A DNA stretch of 42,025 bases from a virus (taxonomy: Duplodnaviria > Caudoviricetes): positions 1-42,025 of the IMG/VR virus record IMGVR_UViG_3300012267_000011; one strand, given 5' to 3'. Of the stretch, positions 27,879 through 36,824 are shown in pieces. The stretch's first letter is position 1. The number at the start of each line of letters is the position of its first letter. A program made the position numbers and the translations under genes. The notes under the pieces are model-generated. The model did no database searches and had not been told where the DNA came from. It was given only the letters and a program-made list of their open reading frames with translations.

Positions 27879-28826
27879 ATGGGGTTCGAACGAAACATAA
27901 CGGAGACTTCGACAGGTGAAATAAGGATGAACTGTCCCTTTTGCGAGGACAGGCTTACCAACAAACCTCCTGAAGACCGAGCGGACAGGAACCAACATCT
28001 TTACATAAACCCTAAGAAGAACCTCTACTTCTGTCATAGGTGTGAAGCCAAAGGCAAAGCGGAGTCGCTGGATCATTACCTCCACGATATCGTATCAGAC
28101 CGAGATCATTGGGACATTATTGAGCGGTCCAAAAAACAGACAGGAATACAGAAGCATGATAGGACCTATTTTGATCCCGATCAGTTAGGAACGGCTCCCG
28201 TACAAGGAGCACCATCTTGGTCATACCTCACAAAAGAACGGAACTTGGGGTCAGAGGATATACGGTATTATGACCTCCGTAGTGGAAAGGAATCTCTCAG
28301 AGGCCGTATCGTTGTGCCAGTGTATGATGATGAGGGTTATTGCATTTACTACAGTGCTCGAACCTATACAGGCCGTAACCCAAAGTATAAGAACCCTAAG
28401 ATTAATAAGAAGAACGTGATATTTAATCTCCATGCAGTCGACACAGATTATGTCATTGTATGTGAAGGTGTATTCAGTGCTATTCATGCAGGTCGTTCAG
28501 CTATAGCGGTGCTGGGGAAGTTTATTAGTGAGTGGCAGTTTCATGCAATCGCCCGAAGGTTCAAGAAAATATATTTGGCACTGGATGGGGATGTTCTTCA
28601 AAAGGATAAAGAACTGCCTGAAGGCAAGAAGAAAGTCCCAATGATCGTAAATAAATTTCAACGATTAGGATGTGAAGTTGGGGTGGTCAAACTCCCTCCA
28701 GATAAAGACCCTGAGGACGTTGGCAGAGAAGAGTTTAATCGGTTGTTAGGGCAAACCAAAATGGAGTCTAAAGTATCCCCAAAAACTTTCAGACCAAAAA
28801 TAGATTCTCGAAGGTTTTATTCTTGA
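27879..28826 (+). CDS. dnaG: DNA primase (zinc finger + TOPRIM)
   Basis: CPFC...H...CHRC, RIVVP, PKYKN, CEGVFSA, LDGD, KDP. Confidence 0.92.
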   Translation: MGFERNITETSTGEIRMNCPFCEDRLTNKPPEDRADRNQHLYINPKKNLYFCHRCEAKGKAESLDHYLHDIVSDRDHWDIIERSKKQTGIQKHDRTYFDPDQLGTAPVQGAPSWSYLTKERNLGSEDIRYYDLRSGKESLRGRIVVPVYDDEGYCIYYSARTYTGRNPKYKNPKINKKNVIFNLHAVDTDYVIVCEGVFSAIHAGRSAIAVLGKFISEWQFHAIARRFKKIYLALDGDVLQKDKELPEGKKKVPMIVNKFQRLGCEVGVVKLPPDKDPEDVGREEFNRLLGQTKMESKVSPKTFRPKIDSRRFYS

Positions 28827-28833
28827 TCCCATT

Positions 28834-28870
28834 TCCCTTGTTGCGGTAAGGGATTGCTGTTTGTTTTTCT
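28834..28870 (+). terminator. Probable intrinsic terminator ending the replication operon
   Basis: TCCCTTG...TAAGGGA stem followed by a T-rich tract. Confidence 0.5.
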
Positions 28871-28891
28871 CTAAGGTTCTTTGTAACTTTG
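28860..28891 (+). promoter_or_regulatory. Bacteroidota-type host sigma (early) promoter
   Basis: TTTG 28860-28863, 20-nt spacer, TAACTTTG 28884-28891; shares GTTTGTTTTTCT with the 5490 promoter. Confidence 0.7.
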
Positions 28892-28931
28892 CGTAAGTCA
28901 TCTAAGGTTCTTTGTAACTTTGCGTAAGTCA
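28870..28931 (+). repeat. Perfect 31-bp tandem duplication
   Basis: TCTAAGGTTCTTTGTAACTTTGCGTAAGTCA at 28870-28900 and 28901-28931. Confidence 0.95.
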
Positions 28932-28961
28932 TCAATAACAACCAACATTCGGATGAGAACA

Positions 28962-29207
28962 ATGTTATTTGGAAAGCCAGCTTATCACACAATAGATCAG
29001 TTCAACTGGAACAAGAGTTTCAAAATCTTTACAGCGGAAGACTCTGATCTTCAAGGCTCTATTCACTGTAACCGCATCACTATTCAGAACACGAAAACTG
29101 GAAACACCAAAACTTTTGAACACGTAAAGGATGACCTTAGGGGAGACGACCTTATGGGCCGTCGTTACTCTTGCGGAGACCTTTCACTTCTTATCATTAA
29201 CGACTAA
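28962..29207 (+). CDS. Hypothetical early protein (start probably ATG 28962)
   Basis: First ORF after the early promoter; ends LLIIND. Confidence 0.6.
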   Translation: MLFGKPAYHTIDQFNWNKSFKIFTAEDSDLQGSIHCNRITIQNTKTGNTKTFEHVKDDLRGDDLMGRRYSCGDLSLLIIND

Positions 29208-29219
29208 TTCGGAGGAATC

Positions 29220-29375
29220 ATGAACTTATTTAGAGAACTTGACACACAGGAACAGGAAGACTTCAAACAGTGGGCTCGAGATAACTACACTCCAGGAGAC
29301 GAAATCAGTTCGATTTGGCACCCTGTTGTACGAGCCGAGTGCGAACGTATGAATGCAGAACAGGAGGCCTCATGA
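29220..29375 (+). CDS. Small hypothetical protein (51 aa; not in ORF track)
   Basis: GGAGGA RBS; MNLFRELDTQEQEDFKQWARDNY...WHPVVRAECERMNAEQEAS; ATGA overlap with the next gene. Confidence 0.75.
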   Translation: MNLFRELDTQEQEDFKQWARDNYTPGDEISSIWHPVVRAECERMNAEQEAS

Positions 29376-29908
29376 AACGCAAGGGAATTAGGTTTAGACG
29401 AGCGAAGCACTTAGGCTATAGGATGGCCAAGGAAGGAGACACATATACTAACGGAGAACAGATTGATGACAACTACTGTGTAATCGTTAGGATAGAAGAA
29501 TGTGAGACCTATGAGAAAGAGGGTCGTTTGTATTACGAGCCAAAAGACGCACCCTCAGTTGACCTCACAGGCCACAGCCGTACCAATATGGTTTACGGAA
29601 CTCGAAGAACCTACCGTAACAAAAGGTACGATACCCGTTCGGTATACTGGGTGGAAGACGGGATAGTTTACCGTGGGTCTATTCCAGTAGAGATGACCCC
29701 CGAAGACCAACCTGAAACAGCTTGGTATGATGTTCAGGGCCGTCGTTACGAAGCCAAGATACGTGCGGTACCTTTGGAAGACGCAAGACTCTTAGTCAGT
29801 GAATCTAACCGAATTATTGACAAGGAAGATGTGGTTCTTATTTCACGGCCTGATCGCAGTGGAGAGGAAAGTACCTATACTGTTTATGAACTTAAAAGTA
29901 ACAATTGA
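29372..29908 (+). CDS. Hypothetical protein (start ATG 29372)
   Basis: AGGAGG RBS and ATGA overlap. Confidence 0.65.
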   Translation: MKRKGIRFRRAKHLGYRMAKEGDTYTNGEQIDDNYCVIVRIEECETYEKEGRLYYEPKDAPSVDLTGHSRTNMVYGTRRTYRNKRYDTRSVYWVEDGIVYRGSIPVEMTPEDQPETAWYDVQGRRYEAKIRAVPLEDARLLVSESNRIIDKEDVVLISRPDRSGEESTYTVYELKSNN

Positions 29909-29909
29909 T

Positions 29910-30185
29910 ATGCTACTCACCGTAAAACGACTCAGAGAAAAGCTCAAAGAATTTGATGACGATAAGCCTGTGGGGTTTGTTGATCCTTATGGGAAGTTCC
30001 ATCCAATTTCTGTGAGCGATGTGTACATGGCCACGGGGCACTTTTCCATAACGGAACCCGACAGGCACTGGAGTGAACTAGTAACTACAACAAAACCCAA
30101 ACGTGTGTGTCATCTGAATGTCCCGCAGGTTGGGGTGCCAAGAGGAGAGTTTAGTTTACTGAAGAAGGAGAAGGATGAAGATTGA
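29910..30185 (+). CDS. Hypothetical protein (start ATG 29910)
   Basis: MLLTVKRLREKLKEFDDD start, typical of small phage proteins. Confidence 0.6.
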   Translation: MLLTVKRLREKLKEFDDDKPVGFVDPYGKFHPISVSDVYMATGHFSITEPDRHWSELVTTTKPKRVCHLNVPQVGVPRGEFSLLKKEKDED

Positions 30186-30351
30186 AGTTTGTGTCCCAGA
30201 AGACTTTACAGAAGAACAGGTAATAGACTTTGCAGAATTTGTAAGTGAACGGAAAGGATGGTCAATACGCTCGGATGAGGATGAGGACTGTGAACCAGAA
30301 CGGTGCGAAGAATCAGAAGGGTTCGTTCATATCACCCTTTTCACCAGCTAA
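30175..30351 (+). CDS. Small hypothetical protein (58 aa; not in ORF track)
   Basis: AAGGAG RBS; MKIEVCVPEDFTEEQVIDFAE...GFVHITLFTS. Confidence 0.65.
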   Translation: MKIEVCVPEDFTEEQVIDFAEFVSERKGWSIRSDEDEDCEPERCEESEGFVHITLFTS

Positions 30352-30362
30352 AATACTGTTGC

Positions 30363-30384
30363 AAGACTTTCATTCTAAAGTCTT
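30363..30384. other. Inverted repeat (terminator or operator) upstream of the sigma-like gene
   Basis: AAGACTTT-CATTCT-AAAGTCTT. Confidence 0.5.
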
Positions 30385-30468
30385 TCGATGTTTGTTTATT
30401 ACCTAAATAATTAAAATTTTTATTGCAACTCATTACTTAAAATAACAACAATTCAATTCGGAGGAAAC

Positions 30469-31194
30469 ATGCTAACTCAAGCAAAAGACAATAAGATTCA
30501 AGATTTGATTGATCGCAATATGGGACTAATTGTTAAGCTAAGCAATAAGGTATCGAATGCGGTTATGACCAGTCAAGACGCTCAACAAGAACTTATTCTG
30601 AAGCTCTTAGGAAAGCTGGATCGTGACCCACAAACCCTTGATAAACCGATTGTTCAGCAAGACAAAATAACTTACAAAGTCTTATTAGACTACCATGTAG
30701 ACCTTATCCGCTTTTATTCCAGACGGCCTGACACATCAAAATATTGCCCTAATTTCTCCACTTCTGGAGTAGAATATGGCACGGAAGATGATGCGAATTA
30801 TGACATGTCAGTAGAAGACATCGATCATACGGCCCCGATGTTCTCTTGCAATGAGATGGAACACCCCGAGAAAAAAGTGTCAGAGGATTTATATTTTAGG
30901 GAACTAATAGCTCGTGCGAAAGAGTTCGAAGAATCTTATCCAGGAATAACAGAGTTCATAAAACAAGCTCTTGACCCCTCAGAAGAAGTCCTCGAGCAGT
31001 ACGAGACCTACCGTAAAGGGAAGAAGTATTCACGCCACCCCGAACGGAACTACATCCCTCCTTATACTCTTATTAAGTTTCTGGGTATATCGGAAAGTAG
31101 ACTACGTAGATTCCATATTGTGATTTCGAAAATATTGAGCAATCTGGAGATTTCCAGAGCAAGCGAAATTTACAAACGATTATCATATAGCTAA
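30469..31194 (+). CDS. Sigma70-family-like transcription factor
   Basis: Region 2-like NMGLIVKLS...QDAQQELILKL; region 4 HTH-like LIKFLGISESRLRR; GGAGGA RBS. Confidence 0.6.
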   Translation: MLTQAKDNKIQDLIDRNMGLIVKLSNKVSNAVMTSQDAQQELILKLLGKLDRDPQTLDKPIVQQDKITYKVLLDYHVDLIRFYSRRPDTSKYCPNFSTSGVEYGTEDDANYDMSVEDIDHTAPMFSCNEMEHPEKKVSEDLYFRELIARAKEFEESYPGITEFIKQALDPSEEVLEQYETYRKGKKYSRHPERNYIPPYTLIKFLGISESRLRRFHIVISKILSNLEISRASEIYKRLSYS

Positions 31195-32234
31195 TGGAAC
31201 TTAGAGAGTTGCGCAAAGTTGACGTTGACTATGAGTATATCAACCACACGTTCTCACTTTATTGTGACTGGTTGGATACAGGGGATGAATCTGTTTATCG
31301 ACAAATGGCAACTGAGGCCGTTCCGTTGGTTAATATTTTCTTATCCGTAGCTATCCGTAGACACAACCTCAAAGGAAGCGAATCAACATTTGATGAGCTT
31401 TATTCTTATGCGTACTCCACGTTCCTTGAAACAGTCCGCAAAAAGAAAGAGTACCCTGAGCCCAATGCATTTTATGCCTACATGAAGACTCGTGTTAGCT
31501 ATGCGACTTTCAGCTATTATATGGAAGAGCATGTGCAGAGCGATGAGCTTGTAAGCGAAGAGGTGGTGGAGTTTAGCCAACTACCTCTGGGGTATGGGGT
31601 GGATGTTAGTTCTATTTCTGAACGACACCTTAAAAGCTATATGCGCTATTTCTTCAGTTGTTACAATGAAAAGGAAAAAGATATATTTAAGTATATTATT
31701 CTTTATTTCCAGCGGAACCGAGATGAGATTACACCCAGCCTTTTGGAAGTGAAATTTCAGTTAGCTGAAGATCGTGCAAAGCAACTGGTGGAACGGGGGA
31801 GAATTTTATTTAGAACCATATTGTTTTTCTGTCTTAGAGAAGGCCAAGAACCACACCAATATATCAACAAAAGAGGAGACACGATCATGGTCAGTAAGTA
31901 TTTCTTAACACTATTAACAATAGAAGACAAGTACCCTCATTTAACAGAGCTTTATTCTTTGTTAGGTGACCAGACTCATGACGTAATGAAGATACTTGGG
32001 GGTGAGAAAGTAAAGTTCCCAAGCCCCGAGGAACTCAAGAAAACAAACAAAGAAGTGAGTGCTGTAATGGATTTTTTGGAAAATCCTGTTCGGGAACGGT
32101 TAGACGAAATTTCAGAAAAGAATAACATCGACAGGCGAAGACTAAATTACATCCTCAAGTCCTACAAAAAGAAGTTCAAAGACGTACCTTTTTTAGGCGA
32201 GGAATTAAAAGCAGTAGACGAGGTTTACAGTTAA
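31194..32234 (+). CDS. Sigma-like factor with a C-terminal Mor-type activator domain
   Basis: PLV...DELYSYA...FLE...FYAYMKTRV (region 2), EKEKDIF...LAEDRAKQL (region 4), then LGGEKVKFPS...ISEKNNIDRRRLNYIL (Mor-like). Confidence 0.5.
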   Translation: MELRELRKVDVDYEYINHTFSLYCDWLDTGDESVYRQMATEAVPLVNIFLSVAIRRHNLKGSESTFDELYSYAYSTFLETVRKKKEYPEPNAFYAYMKTRVSYATFSYYMEEHVQSDELVSEEVVEFSQLPLGYGVDVSSISERHLKSYMRYFFSCYNEKEKDIFKYIILYFQRNRDEITPSLLEVKFQLAEDRAKQLVERGRILFRTILFFCLREGQEPHQYINKRGDTIMVSKYFLTLLTIEDKYPHLTELYSLLGDQTHDVMKILGGEKVKFPSPEELKKTNKEVSAVMDFLENPVRERLDEISEKNNIDRRRLNYILKSYKKKFKDVPFLGEELKAVDEVYS

Positions 32235-32786
32235 ATGGCAGAAAAGGAAAAGATTGATAGAGGGCATTATTCGTATGACGGATATGACATCATTAAAGAC
32301 ACTGACCGAACGGGAAACCCGTGGGAAATTTTTAAGAATTACCAACAGGTTACCGAAGTAAAGGTTACTGAGAAACAACGGCTGAAAGATTGTATAGAGT
32401 TCCTGGATGATTATGAGGAGCCAAATTTTGATGCGGAAGAACAAAAGATAGACACCACCAAGGGGTCTCCAGTATTTGTTGTCACAGACGACTTTTTAGA
32501 CCAAATGGAAGATATGGATGATCCTGAGTATCAGGAGTCCAAAGCTCTTTTTAAGGAGATTGTCAAGGATGAACAACACAGGGTACGGATTATATTCTTG
32601 GCTCTAATCCGTAGGAAAATAAAAAAGCTGGAACAGATGGATATGCTCACCACCCGAGTTGAAGAACTGGTGGAAGCAAATATTGATCGATACTCTCCAG
32701 AACAACTTATTGAGTTCTATGAGGTGATCTCAAAGAGGCTCAATCAGGAATCAGAAGAAATAGGAAAAATTGTAAATAGTCTATAA
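32235..32786 (+). CDS. Hypothetical acidic helical protein
   Basis: 183-aa ORF in operon. Confidence 0.6.
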   Translation: MAEKEKIDRGHYSYDGYDIIKDTDRTGNPWEIFKNYQQVTEVKVTEKQRLKDCIEFLDDYEEPNFDAEEQKIDTTKGSPVFVVTDDFLDQMEDMDDPEYQESKALFKEIVKDEQHRVRIIFLALIRRKIKKLEQMDMLTTRVEELVEANIDRYSPEQLIEFYEVISKRLNQESEEIGKIVNSL

Positions 32787-32787
32787 C

Positions 32788-33129
32788 ATGAAGAAGAAAG
32801 ATTTTGTAAAGAAAATACAAGAAGTACTGAAGCAAAAAACAGGTAACCGACCAACATTTATCGAAGCCCGAGACTGTTTAGACGCAGTTGTTGAGTCCAT
32901 GGAGCAATCCTTATCAGAGGGCAAGGCCATTCGCTTCAGAGGGTTTGGGAGATTTGAGTTCCGTAAACGAGAGGGATTCACCCGAACCACTCATGTAAAA
33001 GCTGGGGAGAAGGTTCCCGAAGGGTATGAAACAAAAGTAGACCCTCATGTTGTGGCCTATTTTAAGCCGTCCAACCGTCTGAATGAACGGCTCACTGAAA
33101 AGTTAGGTCCAATTCTTTTTGATGAATAA
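32788..33129 (+). CDS. hup: HU/IHF-family DNA-binding protein
   Basis: MKKKDFV, IRFRGFGRFEFRKR, FKPS motifs. Confidence 0.9.
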   Translation: MKKKDFVKKIQEVLKQKTGNRPTFIEARDCLDAVVESMEQSLSEGKAIRFRGFGRFEFRKREGFTRTTHVKAGEKVPEGYETKVDPHVVAYFKPSNRLNERLTEKLGPILFDE

Positions 33130-33141
33130 GAGGAAGAATTG

Positions 33142-33168
33142 GAAGTTTAACTATGTGGCTAACGGTCT
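33142..33168 (+). promoter_or_regulatory. Phage promoter motif variant GAAGT-N14-AACGGTCT
   Basis: GAAGT 33142-33146, AACGGTCT 33161-33168. Confidence 0.65.
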
Positions 33169-33177
33169 TAAAGTATC

Positions 33178-33741
33178 ATGAACATATTCGCATTACATTC
33201 CAGCCCAAAGATCACAGCCCAGTGGCACGTTGACAAGCATGTGGTCAAGATGATACTTGAGACAACTCAGTTACTCACAAATTGTTATTATAAGTCCTGT
33301 GAGTTGGTTGGGTCTGAACAGACCGAAGAAGAAATTATTGAAGATGTGTTCACAGGGTTTCCACGAGAACGGCCTTACAAACCGACTCACATGAATCACC
33401 CTTGTACACTATGGGCTGCCGATTGTAAAGAAAATTGGGAGTGGTTGTTAAGGTTAGGTCAGGAGCTCTGTCAGGAATATACGTTCCGATATGGCAAGCA
33501 GCATGCTTGTTCTCCTTTATTACAGTGGATGAGTCACCATCATCCCGTTCTTCCCGAGTCCCTAACTGGGTCAACCACTCCCTTTGTTTGTGTTATGCCA
33601 GATAAGTATAAACTCACTGAGAGTCCTATACGTAATTATAGGCTTTATTATACGTTTGGGAAGACTGAAATTCATTCATGGAAAGATAGGGAAATACCTT
33701 TTTTCATAAATTCATACAGGACTGTTTATAATGTTGTATAA
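33178..33741 (+). CDS. Pyrimidine-dimer DNA glycosylase / endonuclease V-like family protein
   Basis: MNIF.L...P...A..HVDKHVVKMILE..QLL, YKPTH.NHPCT.W, EYTFRYGK.H, YRLYY. Confidence 0.8.
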   Translation: MNIFALHSSPKITAQWHVDKHVVKMILETTQLLTNCYYKSCELVGSEQTEEEIIEDVFTGFPRERPYKPTHMNHPCTLWAADCKENWEWLLRLGQELCQEYTFRYGKQHACSPLLQWMSHHHPVLPESLTGSTTPFVCVMPDKYKLTESPIRNYRLYYTFGKTEIHSWKDREIPFFINSYRTVYNVV

Positions 33742-34261
33742 AGAAATAAATTTTGATGACTACCGATGCCGAAACATTTTTGTATCGGCCCTGATGAAGC
33801 GTATCCCCGATGCTAAGGTGCATCATAAGTCACATACAAGTTACCAGAGGGTATATATTGAGTTACCTGAAGACCCTATGGCAGAGGAGAACCTGAAAGA
33901 AGTCAAAGAAATTTTTAATGAACGTCGGGAACAATTTCTGGAAGAGGTTGGAGGGTTATTGGATGCCCTGATGGAGCACACCCCTATTGAGAAGGAAGAC
34001 CTAAGTGGGGAAGACTATGTGAAATTAAATTTCCCGTCTCCGTATGGGTTCCTATTCCTAAGACACATACTGCTACGCAAGGGGATAGATTTAAAGGGAC
34101 ATCTAACCGCAAGCACAGCCATAGTTGGGGTTTATGATGAGGACGAGTTTAACGACAAATATTGGAAGAAAGAATTTAAGACCAAAACAGAGCGTCTTGA
34201 ACAAAAGATAGATCATATCGCAAAACAATACATGGAGGAAGACACCAATGACAAAGACTGA
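33731..34261 (+). CDS. Hypothetical protein
   Basis: Overlapping operon ORF. Confidence 0.6.
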   Translation: MLYKEINFDDYRCRNIFVSALMKRIPDAKVHHKSHTSYQRVYIELPEDPMAEENLKEVKEIFNERREQFLEEVGGLLDALMEHTPIEKEDLSGEDYVKLNFPSPYGFLFLRHILLRKGIDLKGHLTASTAIVGVYDEDEFNDKYWKKEFKTKTERLEQKIDHIAKQYMEEDTNDKD

Positions 34262-34607
34262 AAAAATGCTAAACTTAGATTTAGACTGTCAAATAAAAGA
34301 ATATTCCAAACGGAATAACAAAAAGAAGATATTTATACTTGCCCCGAAAGAACTGGATTTCCCGTCCGTTGTTTTACACCCAAGTGTGGAAGACAACACG
34401 GAGTTGTTGAGTAAAATGGATTCTATATTTGCGGAACGGCACTCCCCAAATGAGAATACAATTTTTGATGTCACCGAACGGTCAGTAACGTATTCATTCA
34501 GCCTTCCAGATTTGTTGAAGATATTAGGCCGTAACCCGTCTGTATCTTCAGCAGGTAGACTGGAAGACTTATTCACAACACCCGAACCCGAACAGATAAA
34601 CGGATGA
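34248..34607 (+). CDS. Hypothetical protein
   Basis: Overlapping operon ORF with GGAGGA upstream. Confidence 0.6.
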   Translation: MTKTEKMLNLDLDCQIKEYSKRNNKKKIFILAPKELDFPSVVLHPSVEDNTELLSKMDSIFAERHSPNENTIFDVTERSVTYSFSLPDLLKILGRNPSVSSAGRLEDLFTTPEPEQING

Positions 34608-34915
34608 AAGAATACAAGTCCATCTTTAAAGCCTTTACAGCGTACTGTTATAAGAACGTAGATTCTTTGAAGTGGAAGTCTTTTCGGAATGATAAGAAGC
34701 AGTATAGATATTTCCGAACCAAGTTGAAAGATTTGAATATCATCGTAGGGCTGAATCTTACGATGAACACCTATTTTCTTTCAATTAAGGGTCTGGGGGA
34801 TATAGGCAACAAGAAGCACCGACTCCTTTTCCCCAGTAAGTTGCAAAGATTATTTATAACGCTATTAAAAATTGAAAAAAGAGATCGCTATGAGCAAACA
34901 AAAGAACAACAGTAA
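34604..34915 (+). CDS. Hypothetical basic protein
   Basis: ATGA overlap. Confidence 0.55.
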   Translation: MKEYKSIFKAFTAYCYKNVDSLKWKSFRNDKKQYRYFRTKLKDLNIIVGLNLTMNTYFLSIKGLGDIGNKKHRLLFPSKLQRLFITLLKIEKRDRYEQTKEQQ

Positions 34916-35333
34916 CGACAAAAAAGTTGTGGGTCTTAACGAGAAAAAATTTGTGCTTATTGTTGGCCCTGTTGTTGACGAGGATGGGGAGGACATAGGG
35001 AATTATGCCCGTTTTGCTGGGGTAAGGAAAGTACGGTTACTCAGTAAGAAAGGCAGCAAAGTTCGGTTTGATATGGATAAGGCCTTAAAGGATTTTAACA
35101 CCACTAACGAGTTGACTATAAAAGATGCCCCCTCTAACATTTCTTCTTTTACAGCACTCAAGTTTGGTAAGGCAAAAACCAAAGAAGAACAACTGAACAT
35201 TATCATGCATGAATGGGTTAGTAATTTAATACTTGAAGAAGGCATGAAATATGTTGGAATGGTCAATGGGGATTCGCAAACACTACCGTTGGGCGATATA
35301 CCACATAAATTAACTTTTAATACGGAGCAATAG
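34890..35333 (+). CDS. Hypothetical protein (start probably ATG 34890)
   Basis: Operon ORF. Confidence 0.6.
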   Translation: MSKQKNNSNDKKVVGLNEKKFVLIVGPVVDEDGEDIGNYARFAGVRKVRLLSKKGSKVRFDMDKALKDFNTTNELTIKDAPSNISSFTALKFGKAKTKEEQLNIIMHEWVSNLILEEGMKYVGMVNGDSQTLPLGDIPHKLTFNTEQ

Positions 35334-35334
35334 T

Positions 35335-35730
35335 ATGCCACGAGATCAAGAATACGGAAGTTCATTTGACAATGTAGTTCGAAGTGTCTTCCTGAGTAGT
35401 CCAAATAAAGAGGCCCTCAAAAAATTAGACAACATTATAAATGACACAAGTTTCGAACTGAGGGAAATCCTAGCGGACATCGCTCTTTTCCCAGCTAATA
35501 GTTCACACATTACCCATATTGGGTACAATCCAATGTATGAAGTTCTTGAAATAAAATTTAAGAACAACCCAAACTCTTTTCGATACAAAGGGGTTGGGCA
35601 AGATTTTTGGAACGATTTTGTGAGTGCTCAGAGTTTTGGTAAATATTTTCATAAGCACATAAAGAACGGGGGGTTCGAGTTTCTTGAGCTTCCAACGGAT
35701 GTAAATCAAGTAACTACCAACGAACTATGA
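35335..35730 (+). CDS. KTSC domain protein
   Basis: SSHITHIGYN...LEIKF...Y.GV...F.SA.SFGKYF...IK. Confidence 0.85.
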   Translation: MPRDQEYGSSFDNVVRSVFLSSPNKEALKKLDNIINDTSFELREILADIALFPANSSHITHIGYNPMYEVLEIKFKNNPNSFRYKGVGQDFWNDFVSAQSFGKYFHKHIKNGGFEFLELPTDVNQVTTNEL

Positions 35731-36161
35731 AGAACGAACAACTACCAAATTATGAAAACTTAGACGGGATGCTTTATACGCTGGTCACAGATGAGAATGA
35801 TCAGCCTGTGAAATATGACCAAATGGTGGATCGATTATCCAAAAAGCGGACTAAAAGAATACTGATGGACGAGAAGTGTGACACCCCTGTGAAGTATCAG
35901 TTTGGTCATAGTGGTCGGTATGGATTTATTTCTGTGAAAGATTTTCTTGTTAAAGGTCAGTTAGCTCACTATGCGATGATTGTTAATACTCAGTCAGAGG
36001 AATCCTATGTGGTTCATCCTGACCTTGCTAAGAAGGCGGTAGCGGTAGAGAAGGAAGTATTATCTGAGCAACAAGAAAATGTAGATGTGTTTGAAATAAA
36101 AGACATCTTACTTCCCCAGATTCAGGTGGAGATAAATATTAAAGAATATTATGTATGGTGA
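35727..36161 (+). CDS. Hypothetical protein
   Basis: ATGA overlap. Confidence 0.6.
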   Translation: MKNEQLPNYENLDGMLYTLVTDENDQPVKYDQMVDRLSKKRTKRILMDEKCDTPVKYQFGHSGRYGFISVKDFLVKGQLAHYAMIVNTQSEESYVVHPDLAKKAVAVEKEVLSEQQENVDVFEIKDILLPQIQVEINIKEYYVW

Positions 36162-36441
36162 AAGATAATCCCAAATCAAAAGTGCAACCAGCAGTTATTG
36201 AGCGGTTTTAATTGTTGACAAAGAATCTGAGGAGATGTCTTTAAGCGCACTCATAACGGCAGTTTGGGATACTGAATTACCAATACCAATGTTTGATGGA
36301 AGACCTGAAGATGCGGATAAGAAGTTAGTAGGTCATATTATTTACTTGGAACTAAAGGAAGAAAAAGATGGAACCCATGTAGTGACAGGAGGGTTCACGA
36401 AGGGCCTAATGAAAAAGAATAACACCCATGGTGATGTATAA
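36155..36441 (+). CDS. Hypothetical protein, possibly frameshifted near 36206-36211 (ORF track gives 36235-36441 only)
   Basis: ATG 36155 gives MVKDNPKSKVQPAVIERF then TAA in TTTTAA; one extra T would join it in frame to the 36235 ORF. Confidence 0.4.
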
Positions 36442-36640
36442 AAGACATATAGCCAAGACAATTACATGGCGTGTCGTAGGGACACTTGATACAATGTTGT
36501 TAGGGTGGCTTGTCACTGGGGAATTAAAATACGGCCTTGCTATCGGGGGGTTGGAGCTTATAACTAAAATGGTCCTATACTTTTTCCATGAACGAGTGTG
36601 GTATAAACTATCTAATTTTGGAGTAGACAAAAATGAGTGA
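36428..36640 (+). CDS. DUF2061 small membrane protein
   Basis: RHIAKTITWRVVGTLDT...TG...TKMVLYFFHERVW. Confidence 0.88.
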   Translation: MVMYKRHIAKTITWRVVGTLDTMLLGWLVTGELKYGLAIGGLELITKMVLYFFHERVWYKLSNFGVDKNE

Positions 36641-36821
36641 TTCCCATTTAACAGGTGATGCCAAAGAATATTTTGAAAAGATTGAAGAGATGTTAGATTC
36701 ATGGGACTATGAGTTCGCAGAGGAAACATTGATGAGTATAGGGGAATGGGTTGAAGAAAACAACCACATTACCGAGAAGCAAAAGAAGGCTGTGGATAAT
36801 ATAGAGGAAAGCATACGCTAA
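36633..36821 (+). CDS. Hypothetical acidic protein
   Basis: 62-aa overlapping ORF. Confidence 0.6.
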   Translation: MSDSHLTGDAKEYFEKIEEMLDSWDYEFAEETLMSIGEWVEENNHITEKQKKAVDNIEESIR

Positions 36822-36824
36822 CTA

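Noticed and set aside
28870-28933. CRISPR array
   Set aside because: Only two adjacent copies, no spacer, no cas genes
21433-32237. Readthrough fusions at zero-spacing in-frame junctions (uvsW-dnaB, kinase-kinase, pentein-primase, sigma-next gene)
   Set aside because: Stop-ATG abutment is ordinary translational coupling; each protein looks complete
6825-34484. Extra AACGGTCA hits inside genes (6825, 18317, 34477)
   Set aside because: No AAGT element at the 14-nt spacing; explained by Glu-Arg-Ser codons
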